This document shows positions 47,108 to 57,221 of a stretch of DNA of 64,000 bases, in pieces. How positions within the stretch are numbered: the stretch's first letter is position 1; each line of letters opens with the position of its first letter. The DNA comes from an uncultured Gammaproteobacteria bacterium (lineage in GTDB: Bacteria; Patescibacteriota; Microgenomatia; UBA8517). The stretch is from positions 24,814 through 88,813 of the forward strand of contig CAZSGY010000006.1 in the NCBI GenBank assembly GCA_964606975.1, in the 5' to 3' direction. The notes under the pieces were generated by a model, which was not told the origin of the DNA, searched no databases, and saw only the letters and a list, made by a program, of their open reading frames with translations. The position numbers and the translations under genes are program-made.

Positions 47108-48757
47108 ATGAAATGGGACCTTCTTAATAAATCGTCGGCCGTCAGCCGTAAATCGTTAATTAATATTCTTCTAAAAAACCGCGGAATCAAAACTGAAAAA
47201 GCCAAAAAAGAATTTATCAATCCGATAGACCCAATGAAAATTAAATTAAGCCAACTTGGGATTGCAGAAAAAGATTTGGATGAAGTAGTAAATCGAATCG
47301 ATCAGGCGCGGTCTAATAAAGAATTTGTGATTATTTACGGCGATTATGACGCAGACGGAATTACAGCCTCGGCAGTTGCCTGGGAAACACTACATGATGC
47401 GGGCGTTGATGTTTTTCCATTTGTCCCGGATCGTTTCGAAGACGGCTACGGAATCAAAGCCAAAAGCGTTTTATCTTTAAAATCACGCTATCCCAAACTC
47501 AAGCTTATCATTACCGTAGACAACGGAATTGTAGCTTATGAGGGTGTCAAGGAAGCAAAAAAACTGGGAATTGATGTGATTGTTATTGATCACCACCAGA
47601 AAGGGGAAAAGCTACCCGACACCAATTTCGTTATTCATTCTACTGAAGTTTGCGGTTCAGCTTTGGTATGGTTTGTTTCCAGGGAAATATATAAAAGATT
47701 AGTTAAAGGAAATTATGAATCGAAAATTAGAGAGAAGCTCCAGCTGTCGGCCATAGGAACGGTTGCTGACCAATTACCTCTCCTGGGGATAAATAGGTCG
47801 GTAGTTAAATATGGACTTACGGAGTTGAATGATACGAAAAGACCGGGTCTTTTGGCTTTATTTAAGGAAGCCGGGATCACTGAGGCCGGACCTTACGAAA
47901 TCGGTTTCGTAATTGCGCCTAGAATCAATTCCATGGGACGTCTTAGGCACGGACTGGAATCATTAAGGCTTTTATGTACGAAAGACAAAGTCCGGGGCAT
48001 TCAACTTGCCGAGGTGATTGGAAAAGTAAATCTGGAAAGACAAAAAGTTGTAGATAGCGTAGTTGAACATGCGCTAAGTATCACGGAAAACAAATCTGCC
48101 AAGATTATTGTTTTAGCGGATGAAAAATATCATGAAGGCGTAATAGGATTGGCGGCTGCCCGATTAGTGGAAAAATACTACAGGCCGGCAATTGTTATTT
48201 CAAAATCCAAGGACGTGTCTAAAGCTTCAGCCAGATCCATTCCCGGGTTTAATATAATTGAGACGATCAGAAAACTTCAGGAATATTATTTAGAAGGCGG
48301 CGGGCATCCGATGGCCGCTGGTTTCTCAATCAATACAGGAAATATCGATATCTTTAGAGAGAAAATAAATTTATTGGCTCAAAAATTGTTAACGGATGAT
48401 CTTTTGCAAAAAAACCTGAAAGTTGACTGCCGTCTTAGTTTTTCAGCGATAAATTACGATCTTTTAAAAGAAATATCCCTATTCGAACCGACCGGGGTGG
48501 GCAATAAAGAGCCGGTTTTTTTTAGCGAGAAAGTTCAACTTTTAGACGTCAAATTTGTAGGTAAGGACAAAAGACACCTCAAGCTAAAATTAAAGCAAGG
48601 TGAACATGTTTTTGACTCAATTTATTTTGGTGGAGGAGAAATTTACTCAAATCTAGCTCCTCAGATGAAAATTGACGTTGCTTACTCGATTGAGGACAAT
48701 TCCTGGAACGGCTACAGAAATATACAGTTAAAGCTCAAAGATCTCCATTTTTCCTGA
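47108..48757 (+). CDS. recJ: Single-stranded-DNA-specific exonuclease RecJ
   Basis: DHH motifs (IIYGDYDADGITA, DHH), DHHA1 domain (GGGH), OB-fold C-terminus. Confidence 0.9.
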   Translation: MKWDLLNKSSAVSRKSLINILLKNRGIKTEKAKKEFINPIDPMKIKLSQLGIAEKDLDEVVNRIDQARSNKEFVIIYGDYDADGITASAVAWETLHDAGVDVFPFVPDRFEDGYGIKAKSVLSLKSRYPKLKLIITVDNGIVAYEGVKEAKKLGIDVIVIDHHQKGEKLPDTNFVIHSTEVCGSALVWFVSREIYKRLVKGNYESKIREKLQLSAIGTVADQLPLLGINRSVVKYGLTELNDTKRPGLLALFKEAGITEAGPYEIGFVIAPRINSMGRLRHGLESLRLLCTKDKVRGIQLAEVIGKVNLERQKVVDSVVEHALSITENKSAKIIVLADEKYHEGVIGLAAARLVEKYYRPAIVISKSKDVSKASARSIPGFNIIETIRKLQEYYLEGGGHPMAAGFSINTGNIDIFREKINLLAQKLLTDDLLQKNLKVDCRLSFSAINYDLLKEISLFEPTGVGNKEPVFFSEKVQLLDVKFVGKDKRHLKLKLKQGEHVFDSIYFGGGEIYSNLAPQMKIDVAYSIEDNSWNGYRNIQLKLKDLHFS

Positions 48758-49043
48758 AGAGGTCGGTCATAATTTGGACTTCTTCATAGGTTACGGCCCT
48801 AGGCTCCTTTTTTAAATTGGGCACGTTAAATATGGTGCTGGCTTTTTCATTCGAGATTTTCCCTCTGTAAACTCTTGCTCTGGGGCAAGTTTCTGTAAAT
48901 TCTTTTAGACACGCTTGATCCTTGGTGATATAACCGTTCTTAATTAAATTTTGGTGAAAGGCGCAATGCCCTTCGTATTTACATCTTTCACTCATGGCCA
49001 ATATGTCAAAAGAGTATTTTATAACAGGCTCCCTCCTTGTCAA
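48735..49043 (-). CDS. Hypothetical small 4-Cys protein (86-102 aa depending on start)
   Basis: Fills the 320-nt recJ-aspS spacer; non-repetitive composition; Cys at CKYEGHC...C...C; start uncertain (TTG 49043 or ATG 48995). Confidence 0.35.
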   Translation of the reverse strand: MTRREPVIKYSFDILAMSERCKYEGHCAFHQNLIKNGYITKDQACLKEFTETCPRARVYRGKISNEKASTIFNVPNLKKEPRAVTYEEVQIMTDLFRKNGDL

Positions 49044-49077
49044 GTAAGCCGGAAGAAACTACAATTGTAACAATAGA

Positions 49078-50391
49078 ATGGAAAGAACACTGGTTGGAAA
49101 AACTGTTGAAAAAGTAGGTGAAAAAATTCTTCTCAAAGGCTGGGCGAACACAGTCAGGGATCATGGGAAAATAACCTTTATTGATCTCCGGGATAGAACC
49201 GGTGTTGTTCAGTGTGTGGGGACAAGTCTCGAAAAAATTTCTCAGGAATCGGTTATTGAAATAGTTGGTGAAGTGGCAAAAAGACCCGAAAAATTGGTAA
49301 ATCCAAAAATTGAGACAGGCGGCATTGAGATTCAAATCGAATCTCTAAAAGTGCTTTCCCCGGCTGCCGAACTTCCTTTTGACATGGGAACGGAAGATCT
49401 CAATCTGGATTTGCCGATACTTTTAGACAACCGCGCCCTAACCCTAAGGCACAAGAAACAGCAGGCAATTTTTAAAGTCCAGGCAACCATAATCGATGCA
49501 TTCAGGCAAGCCCTCATTAAGAAGGACTTCGTGGAATTCCAGGCTCCTTCAATAATTTCCGCCATTCCGGAAGGCGGAGCAGAAGTTTTTAAAGTGGATT
49601 ATTTTGACAGTCAGGCATATCTTTCTCAGAGCCCGCAACTTTATAAATCTTTGTTGGTAGGAATTTTTGAACGGGTTTTTAGCGTAAATCAAATATTCAG
49701 AGCAGAACCTTCAGTTACCACAAGACATTTGGCCGAAGCAACAAGTTTGGATGCAGAGTTTGGTTTTATTGATTCCTGGAAAGACGTTTTAGAGATGGAG
49801 GAGTATGTCATCCGTTACACTTTTTCTGAAGTTGAGAAAAAATGCATGCAGGAACTAAGCCTCTTTGATGCAACTTTGCCTAAATTAACGGATCAAATCC
49901 CGGTATTAAAATTGAGAGAAGCCCAAAAAATCATCTACAAAAGAACAGGCAGGGATGTGTTAAACGAAAAAGATTTGGCTCCGGAAGACGAAAGAGAAAT
50001 TTGCAAATGGGCGCTTGAAGAAAAAGGTAGCGACTTGGTTTTTATTTCTCATTTTGAAACCAAAAAGAAACCCTTCTATGTCTATCCTGATCCGGCTGAC
50101 CCGACTTACGCATTTTCTGTTGATTTACTTGGCCGCGGGGTGGAATGGTCGAGTGGCGGACAAAGATTGAATGATTATCAAACGATATTAGAACACATTA
50201 ACGAATGGGGGTTAGAAGAAAAAGATGTGGAATTATATTTGCAGTCATTTAAGTACGGAGTACCGCCCTTGGGAGGTTTTGCTTTGGGGGCAGAGCGTAT
50301 GACTATGCACATACTTGGCCTTAAAAATATCAGAGAAGCATCACTTTTCCCCAGAGACATGGAAAGAATTGATCTCCGACTATCCCGATGA
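49078..50391 (+). CDS. aspS: Aspartate--tRNA ligase, archaeal/eukaryotic type (class IIb; AsnRS not fully excluded)
   Basis: N-terminal OB anticodon-binding domain; class II motifs 1-3 (FRAE..., GGAERMTMHILGLKNIREASLFPRD); 437 aa. Confidence 0.8.
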   Translation: MERTLVGKTVEKVGEKILLKGWANTVRDHGKITFIDLRDRTGVVQCVGTSLEKISQESVIEIVGEVAKRPEKLVNPKIETGGIEIQIESLKVLSPAAELPFDMGTEDLNLDLPILLDNRALTLRHKKQQAIFKVQATIIDAFRQALIKKDFVEFQAPSIISAIPEGGAEVFKVDYFDSQAYLSQSPQLYKSLLVGIFERVFSVNQIFRAEPSVTTRHLAEATSLDAEFGFIDSWKDVLEMEEYVIRYTFSEVEKKCMQELSLFDATLPKLTDQIPVLKLREAQKIIYKRTGRDVLNEKDLAPEDEREICKWALEEKGSDLVFISHFETKKKPFYVYPDPADPTYAFSVDLLGRGVEWSSGGQRLNDYQTILEHINEWGLEEKDVELYLQSFKYGVPPLGGFALGAERMTMHILGLKNIREASLFPRDMERIDLRLSR

Positions 50392-51353
50392 AGCGATTAA
50401 CAAACAAAAAACATTTTTTATATTTTGTAATGATCGTTTTTGTTTTTATTTCTTCGACTGCACTCTCCTTAAATAAAACATCCGAAGACAACATTAAGAG
50501 GGTCCCTGCTAACCCCCTTTTTACTAAAAAATTTCCTGGAAATCCCGTATTAAAAAAAGACCTTTCCGGTTCTCAGGTTTTTCCTATTCTTTCTGCACAA
50601 GGAGCAATAGCTGTAGATCTAAATTCGGGTGTTAGTTTATATGAGAAGAATCCTGATGCCAAACTTTTACCCGCATCCACAACTAAGATAATTACCGCCT
50701 TGGTTGCGTTGGATGCGTATGAACTGAATCAGGTTCTTACAGTTCCCCGGGGTGTAAGCGTCGATGGTCAAAAGATGGGGCTTTATGTAGGCGAACAGAT
50801 GAAAGTTGAAGATTTGCTTTACGGGCTTTTGGTCTACTCTGCCAACGATGCCGCCATGACTTTGGCAATGAATTACTCCGGTGGGTACGATGCCTTTATT
50901 TTGGCAATGAATGAAAAAGCCAAGGATCTTTCTATGAATAATTCTCATTTTGAAAATCCCGTCGGCCTTGATGGAGTAAATCAAACAACTACCGCCCGCG
51001 ATCTGCTTCTTGGAAGTGAAGTGGCAATGAGAGACCCGCAATTTGCAAAGTTCGTGGGCACAAAATCGGTTTCTTTATCCGATGTTAGCGGGAAAACAAA
51101 ATATAGTTTGAAGAATCTTAATATTCTTTTGGATGATGTTCCCGGGGTTTTGGGCGTAAAGACAGGTTGGACGGAAAATGCCCGCGAAAATCTGGTTACC
51201 TATCTGGAACGTGACGGAAAGAAAATAGTAGTGGTTTTGCTGGGTAGTCAGGACAGATTCGGGGAAACAAAGGAACTTATAAACTGGATATTCGCAAGCT
51301 ATGAATGGCAGGAAGTTCTAGTCCCTATTGCGTTGGATAATAATCTCCAGTAA
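50388..51353 (+). CDS. D-alanyl-D-alanine carboxypeptidase (peptidase S11, PBP5/DacA-like)
   Basis: Signal/TM then SxxK (ASTTK), SxN (SAND), KTG motifs. Confidence 0.88.
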   Translation: MKRLTNKKHFLYFVMIVFVFISSTALSLNKTSEDNIKRVPANPLFTKKFPGNPVLKKDLSGSQVFPILSAQGAIAVDLNSGVSLYEKNPDAKLLPASTTKIITALVALDAYELNQVLTVPRGVSVDGQKMGLYVGEQMKVEDLLYGLLVYSANDAAMTLAMNYSGGYDAFILAMNEKAKDLSMNNSHFENPVGLDGVNQTTTARDLLLGSEVAMRDPQFAKFVGTKSVSLSDVSGKTKYSLKNLNILLDDVPGVLGVKTGWTENARENLVTYLERDGKKIVVVLLGSQDRFGETKELINWIFASYEWQEVLVPIALDNNLQ

Positions 51354-52380
51354 CAGCGGGAAGATAAGCTTTAAATCCGTTGTCACCCTCAAATACATAA
51401 ACCGGCTGATAGTATTCGGTAATGGGGTCCGGATCAAAATATGCCAAATAAACATCTCTTATTTTAATATTGTCATTATCTTTGTTTAATCCCAGACTGG
51501 CAATAAAGGCCTTACCATTTTGCAGTTCGGCAAATGCCTCTTCAGGAGATTTGATGGGGTAGGTGGAAAATTGAGACTCATCCACACCATGGTAATGATA
51601 TTCGGAAGCTACTATTTGTTGTCCCTGGTTTCTAGCGCCACTGACTATTGCCCAAACATTTGCCTGATTAGGGTTTCCTGTTACTGCCGGCAGTCCGTCA
51701 TAATCTTTTCTGTATAGATTTATTTTTATAAAGTTTGCCTCCGAAAGGGACATGGCGCTAACCAGTTGGCCGTTTGCGACTTTCAGAAAATCGTGGGTTA
51801 CGGGTCCTGTTAAATCGGAAGATAGTAGCCCTCCGTCTGCCAGAAAAGACCTGAATTCGGCTGCAGCAACTTCGGAAACAGGGGGTTTAAAACTGATAGG
51901 AGAAGTATCGGCTGCCAAATCGTAACTGACAGAAAAAGTTCCGGAAACAATATTTATTTGTAGATATGTAGGAAAACTGGGATTTTTAAATTTGTAAATC
52001 GTATCAGTGATTTGTTGGACGTTTGAACTAAATCCCAAAGCAGCCGCCTTGCTTTTGGCGGTATCTAGTGAAAGTAGATTGGCACTGTTTTTAGGCATAA
52101 AAAATATTTTAGCTTGAGTAGGAATATCGGCGGGAAGGCTTCCGTCTACCGTTTCCAAGGTAAAGCTGGGTTTGGCTTTGATTCCGTTTTCCGGAAAAGG
52201 AATTACCGATAACCTTCCATATTTAACGGTTGGTGCGGGTGGGGGCGCAGGAAAAAGCTTCTTGTAGATTTTAATTCCGGTATCCAAAAAAATTCTGCCG
52301 ACGATAAGGAAGATAATTAAATAAATGCCATATCTGATTATTTTTCTTGACGTGATCGATATTGTAGTTAAGGAAGTCAT
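51325..52380 (-). CDS. Hypothetical N-terminally membrane-anchored extracytoplasmic protein (351 aa)
   Basis: Single N-terminal TM (YGIYLIIFLIVGRIFL) then a soluble domain; no recognised motif. Confidence 0.5.
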   Translation of the reverse strand: MTSLTTISITSRKIIRYGIYLIIFLIVGRIFLDTGIKIYKKLFPAPPPAPTVKYGRLSVIPFPENGIKAKPSFTLETVDGSLPADIPTQAKIFFMPKNSANLLSLDTAKSKAAALGFSSNVQQITDTIYKFKNPSFPTYLQINIVSGTFSVSYDLAADTSPISFKPPVSEVAAAEFRSFLADGGLLSSDLTGPVTHDFLKVANGQLVSAMSLSEANFIKINLYRKDYDGLPAVTGNPNQANVWAIVSGARNQGQQIVASEYHYHGVDESQFSTYPIKSPEEAFAELQNGKAFIASLGLNKDNDNIKIRDVYLAYFDPDPITEYYQPVYVFEGDNGFKAYLPAVTGDYYPTQ

Positions 52381-52475
52381 TGCTTTGCTCTTTCTAGTAT
52401 ATCGTTCACAGGCTTCCCGTTCAATGTGCTGCCAAGGTTCTGGCTAACATATCAAAAGTGCGGTAAAATTCGATT

Positions 52476-53822
52476 ATGAACCCGAAAATTCGTACACGTT
52501 TTGCTCCCAGCCCAACAGGATTCTTACATATCGGAAGCCTTAGAACAGCACTTTACGCATACGCGCTGGCTAAACATGGAAACGGTGATTTCATTTTGAG
52601 GATTGAGGACACTGACCAAAAACGCCAAGTTGAGGGGGCGGTGGAGGCGCTTCAGGAAACTCTTAAAAAATTTGGTCTTAATTGGGACGAATTTTATGTT
52701 CAAAGCAAGCGTGCTGAAACCGGAATCTATAAAAAGGCCGCCGAAAAATTGATCTCTCAGGGTCACGCTTTTTATTGTCAGTGCAAGGCAAAAAATGCAA
52801 AGGAGAAAGGTTTTTCAAGTTCGTTAAGAGATCCTTGTCGTGATAAAAATTTGACATCAGGAGCTATCAAGTTGAAAGTCCCTGAAGGGAAAGTAATCTC
52901 TTATTTCGACTTTGTTCATAAAAAAGAAATATCTTGGGATTCCGGCGACGTCTATGATGCAACTTTATTAAAGAGCGACGGCCTGCCTACCTATCATTTG
53001 GCAGCGATGACGGACGATCTTGATATGGAAATTACGCACATTTTAAGAGGTCATGATTGGTTGCCGTCAACACCAATTCATCTTCTGGTTTTTGAATATC
53101 TTGCCGGAAAACGTCCGGAAATAGGGCATCTTACCGATATTTTATCGGCAGAAACCGGTAAAAAATTAAGCAAACGCCGTGACTCGGTTTTCGTGGAGCA
53201 ATTTGTGGAAGAAGGCTACCTTCCTGAGGCGCTTTTAAATTTTGTGATGCTTCTTGGATGGGCACCAAAAAATAACCGTGAGCTTTATACACTTCCGGAA
53301 TTTGTAAAATATTTTGATGCCAACGGTTTTCAGGAAGCGAATCCCAGATTTTTACGGGAAAAACTTGATTGGTTTAACGGAGAATACATTCGTAACCTCG
53401 ACGACACTAAGCTTTGCGAAAAGTTCCAATCACTAAATTCCAAATTTCTTTCAATGCCTGAAAACACCAAACTTCAAATCACAAAATTGGTTAAGGATAG
53501 GATAAAGAAAATTTCGGATTTTAACTCGATGGCAGGATTTTTTATGGAGGCGCCAAAAGTTGATCAAAAATTACTTGGAGAAAATTATAGTAAACATCTT
53601 TCGGATGCGGCTTATATTATTGAAAACCTTGAAAATTGGAATTTAGAAAGTTTAAATGAAGGGCTTATGGCAAAGATAAAAGAAAAAGGCTACAAAACCG
53701 GAGACTTCTTCATGTCTTTGAGAATTGCCATAACCGGTTCCAAATTTACACCTCCCATTAACGATTCAATAATAATTCTTGGAAAAGAAGAAACGTTAAA
53801 CCGGCTGCAGCGGTTAATTTAG
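52476..53822 (+). CDS. gltX: Glutamate--tRNA ligase
   Basis: RFAPSPTGFLHIGS (HIGH), KLSKR (KMSKS). Confidence 0.95.
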   Translation: MNPKIRTRFAPSPTGFLHIGSLRTALYAYALAKHGNGDFILRIEDTDQKRQVEGAVEALQETLKKFGLNWDEFYVQSKRAETGIYKKAAEKLISQGHAFYCQCKAKNAKEKGFSSSLRDPCRDKNLTSGAIKLKVPEGKVISYFDFVHKKEISWDSGDVYDATLLKSDGLPTYHLAAMTDDLDMEITHILRGHDWLPSTPIHLLVFEYLAGKRPEIGHLTDILSAETGKKLSKRRDSVFVEQFVEEGYLPEALLNFVMLLGWAPKNNRELYTLPEFVKYFDANGFQEANPRFLREKLDWFNGEYIRNLDDTKLCEKFQSLNSKFLSMPENTKLQITKLVKDRIKKISDFNSMAGFFMEAPKVDQKLLGENYSKHLSDAAYIIENLENWNLESLNEGLMAKIKEKGYKTGDFFMSLRIAITGSKFTPPINDSIIILGKEETLNRLQRLI

Positions 53823-53847
53823 AATTTTAAATTAGAAATTCATTCAT

Positions 53848-54795
53848 ATGTCTCACGACCTGCCCACAACAACTTACAAAATCAGTAAAGGAAAAGTCGA
53901 CTCCGAATTTATTCGTAACAAACTTAAGTTAAAAAGCCTTGAGGCGAAAAATAGTCTTTTTGAAAAATATCCTCACGTCAAAAAGTTTTTAGACGAGAAT
54001 GGAATAGATCTGGATAAAATCAGAGCGCATTCGGCAAAAGTAATTACGACGGGGGCGCTCACCGGAACACTTTTTTTTACAACGCCAAGTGCTGCCAGAA
54101 ATTTACCAACAGTGGCTTCCATAGTCAAGGACATAACTGATTCAAATGAAGAAGGCAAAAATATTTTCAACCAGGAAAGATTACTAAAAAGTTTAAGAGA
54201 AATTCTTCCGGAAAAAGCAGAACCTTTAACAAGGGTACAAGAGAAAAGAATCGAACAAGCAATAAGAGAATTTGTGGGTGTTAATGCAAAAGCCACACTG
54301 GAGGGCGAGCATTTAAATACTACCTATGGATATATCGGACTTGAACAACATTTAATGCGTTACCCGGGGGATAATGTAACCTATATGGCTCCGGGCCGCG
54401 GCGCTTGGGGATATTTTGCCGACTCCAAAGCAGCTTTGACCAATGAAGCTATTGAAAGAGAAAAATGGTACGTGGCCGTGCAAACACTTTATCTGCCGGA
54501 CTGGGAGGAAAGGCTTTCTTATGTTAAGGATTGGTATAAATATAGAAAAGTATTAGTGGTTAATACCGTGAACGGGAACGCGGTTGTTGCAGACGTTGCC
54601 GATGCCGGCCCGGCCGCTTGGACGGGTAAACATTTTGGTGGCAGCCCCGAAGTAATGAACGCACTGGGTGGATCAAGATATACAAAGGGTTCAGTTTTAG
54701 TGTTTTTTGTCGACGATCCGGAAAATAAAGTTCCGTTGGGCCCTGTGGAATATAACAATTTGGATACAAATGGAGTTACAATGGTAGAAGCATAA
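53848..54795 (+). CDS. Membrane-anchored protein with C-terminal RlpA-like/3D (double-psi beta-barrel) domain
   Basis: C-terminus ...KVLVVNTVNGNAVVADVADAGPAAW.GKHFGGSPEVMNALGG...GSVLVFFV resembles RlpA/3D DPBB. Confidence 0.45.
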   Translation: MSHDLPTTTYKISKGKVDSEFIRNKLKLKSLEAKNSLFEKYPHVKKFLDENGIDLDKIRAHSAKVITTGALTGTLFFTTPSAARNLPTVASIVKDITDSNEEGKNIFNQERLLKSLREILPEKAEPLTRVQEKRIEQAIREFVGVNAKATLEGEHLNTTYGYIGLEQHLMRYPGDNVTYMAPGRGAWGYFADSKAALTNEAIEREKWYVAVQTLYLPDWEERLSYVKDWYKYRKVLVVNTVNGNAVVADVADAGPAAWTGKHFGGSPEVMNALGGSRYTKGSVLVFFVDDPENKVPLGPVEYNNLDTNGVTMVEA

Positions 54796-54799
54796 TATT

Positions 54800-55162
54800 A
54801 TGAGTAAATTATTTTTCGATGGTTTTGCAGATTTTGAAAAGATAGAGTCGACTATCAAAAGTATCGTATCTACAACGGAAGAACTTGATGAAATAAGAGG
54901 TATTGTTGATGAAATTATAAATTATCAGGCGACGGAAAAAATCTTAGGAAAAATTCCTGAGGAAAGTCACGAAGAATTTTTAGCCCTTTTTCATAAATGT
55001 CCACACGACGAAGTGACCATTTTCAAATTTATAAACGGAAAAGCGGGTAGGGATATAAAAGAAGAGTTGAAAGAAGATTTCAAAACTATTTCTTCGGACA
55101 TACTTCATGAGCTCAGGCCGGAGGAAGAAGTCTCAAGGGAGACAAAGGTGCCGGTCAAATAA
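54800..55162 (+). CDS. Acidic hypothetical protein (120 aa)
   Basis: Complete ORF 5 nt upstream of the DUF4258-like gene; no recognised domain. Confidence 0.45.
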   Translation: MSKLFFDGFADFEKIESTIKSIVSTTEELDEIRGIVDEIINYQATEKILGKIPEESHEEFLALFHKCPHDEVTIFKFINGKAGRDIKEELKEDFKTISSDILHELRPEEEVSRETKVPVK

Positions 55163-55167
55163 GCAAA

Positions 55168-55509
55168 ATGGACAAAAATTATGGCGGTGTGATCTGGACA
55201 AATCATGCACTTGATAGACTCAGGGAGAGGGGAATAAAACAGGGAGATGCCTGGGTAACTTTTCGAAGACCTGAGAGTTTGCGAAAAGGAAATTCCGGCA
55301 ACTGGATATATTACAGAACTTATCCGCCAATCGGGCAGGGGGTGTCCCAAAAAATCGAAGTAGTCGCAAAACAGAATGAGAAAAAGGAATGGTTGATCGT
55401 TTCTGTTTGGTCGCGTTCTGTTTATAAAACCGATAGGAAAAATAAGTCTTTTTGGAAAATTATTTTCAAAAAAATATTTGGCAAACACTTGTCTGCCGGC
55501 TGCTTTTAG
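55168..55509 (+). CDS. DUF4258-like protein (putative RelE/barnase-fold toxin)
   Basis: N-terminal WTNHALDRLRERGI matches the H-A-x-x-R-x-x-E-R-x-I DUF4258 signature; 113 aa. Confidence 0.45.
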   Translation: MDKNYGGVIWTNHALDRLRERGIKQGDAWVTFRRPESLRKGNSGNWIYYRTYPPIGQGVSQKIEVVAKQNEKKEWLIVSVWSRSVYKTDRKNKSFWKIIFKKIFGKHLSAGCF

Positions 55510-55528
55510 ATTAGAATCTTTATTCACA

Positions 55529-56551
55529 ATGAAAAAGTTTTTAAAATCCATATCCGCTGTCAAATCAAAATTGGGTAAATGGTTTTGGGTATTTGTGGTG
55601 GTCGGGTTGGTAGTGCTTGCTGTCTTGGTTTTTTTAAAGAAAAGTAAAGGGCAGGTATTGACCGCTGTTGTGCAAAAAGGCGAAATAAAGGAAGAGCTTG
55701 TTCTTTCCGGACAAATTGATGCAGATAAACATGCAGTTTTGTATTTTCCCACCTCCGGAAAAATATCATGGGTCGGAGTAAAGGAAGGAGACCCGGTCAA
55801 AAAAGGCCAAGCATTAACGTCACTTGATAAAACTGTACTTAATACTGCTTACCAGCAGGCTTTAAATAATTACAAAAACTATCAAGCGTCGGCCGAAAAC
55901 GTCTTGGATAGCGTAAAAAACCACGAGAGTGACGAAACCTTTGCACAAAAGGCAACAAGGACAGCCGCCGAAGTGGCCCGTGACAATGCATATGACTCTG
56001 TCAAAGCAGCAGAATACAATTTAAGAAATGCTACCATCACAGCGCCGTTTGACGGAGTCGTCACGATGCTGCCTTTTCCCAACCCCGGGATCAATGTAAT
56101 GGCGACTGAACCACAGGTGGAAATAATCGATCCAGTAAGCATTTATTTTGCAGTTGATGCTGATCAGAGTGAGGTGGTGGAAATAAAAAATGGACAGAAT
56201 GTTGTTATCGAACTGGATTCCCACGAAGGCGAAATTCAGGGAAAAGTTGTTTTTATCAGTTTTACGCCCAAAAAGGGCGAAGTGGGTACGGTTTATAAAG
56301 TGAAAATAGTTTTCGAGAATTTGGATCAGAATAAAAATTTGCGTGTAGGGATGACAGGAGACGCCAGATTTGTATTGGCACAAAAAAGTGACGCACTTTT
56401 TGTTCCGTCGAGATTTGTTAACTCTGACAAAGACGGTAAATATGTATTACTTGGCAAAGATAATAAAGTTTACATAAAGACCGGCATAGAAGGCGAGGAA
56501 AATACCGAAATTATTGATGGTGTTAGCGAGGGCGACGTCTTATATGATTGA
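55529..56551 (+). CDS. Efflux transporter periplasmic adaptor subunit (HlyD/MacA family)
   Basis: N-terminal TM, coiled-coil hairpin, beta-barrel domains; start trimmed to ATG 55529. Confidence 0.85.
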   Translation: MKKFLKSISAVKSKLGKWFWVFVVVGLVVLAVLVFLKKSKGQVLTAVVQKGEIKEELVLSGQIDADKHAVLYFPTSGKISWVGVKEGDPVKKGQALTSLDKTVLNTAYQQALNNYKNYQASAENVLDSVKNHESDETFAQKATRTAAEVARDNAYDSVKAAEYNLRNATITAPFDGVVTMLPFPNPGINVMATEPQVEIIDPVSIYFAVDADQSEVVEIKNGQNVVIELDSHEGEIQGKVVFISFTPKKGEVGTVYKVKIVFENLDQNKNLRVGMTGDARFVLAQKSDALFVPSRFVNSDKDGKYVLLGKDNKVYIKTGIEGEENTEIIDGVSEGDVLYD

Positions 56552-57221
56552 TCTACAAAGTGTCAGCAAAACTTATCAGTTGGGTGATGAAAAAGTCGAA
56601 GCAGTAAATAAAGTCTCCTTAAAAATCAAAGAAGGTGAATATTGCGGGATACTGGGAACCTCCGGTTCCGGCAAATCGACTTTAATGTATTTAATCGGAC
56701 TTCTAGATAGGCCAACTTCAGGGAAAATACTTATCGACGGAAAAGATGTATCCAAATTGAGTGATGAGGAACTTTCCAAGTTGAGAAACCACCAGATCGG
56801 TTTTGTTTTTCAATCGTTCAACCTGATAAGTCGTTTTACGGTTTTGGAGAACGTTCTTATGCCGATAAAATATGCAAAAGAGAAAATTAATTTTGACTCC
56901 ACTCAAAAAGCCGAAAAGCTTCTGAAAAAATTTGGGATATACGAAAGAAGAAATTTTTTTCCGAATAAAATTTCCGGCGGACAACAACAAAGGGTTGCTA
57001 TGGCCAGAGCTTTGATGATGGATCCTAAGGTAATTATTGCCGATGAACCCACCGGCAACCTTGATACAAAAACTGGAAACGAAATAATGAAGCTACTGGA
57101 AAGTTTAAACAAGGAATTAGGTGTTACGGTGATTATAGTTACACACGAGAAAGATATTGCAGCAAGAACCAAAAGAAAAATATACATGAAGGATGGAAAA
57201 TTAACAGAAAAATATGATTAA
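56544..57221 (+). CDS. ABC transporter ATP-binding protein (MacB/LolD-type)
   Basis: GTSGSGKSTL Walker A, SGGQQQRVAMARAL signature, IIADEPTGNLD Walker B; start trimmed to ATG 56544. Confidence 0.92.
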   Translation: MIDLQSVSKTYQLGDEKVEAVNKVSLKIKEGEYCGILGTSGSGKSTLMYLIGLLDRPTSGKILIDGKDVSKLSDEELSKLRNHQIGFVFQSFNLISRFTVLENVLMPIKYAKEKINFDSTQKAEKLLKKFGIYERRNFFPNKISGGQQQRVAMARALMMDPKVIIADEPTGNLDTKTGNEIMKLLESLNKELGVTVIIVTHEKDIAARTKRKIYMKDGKLTEKYD

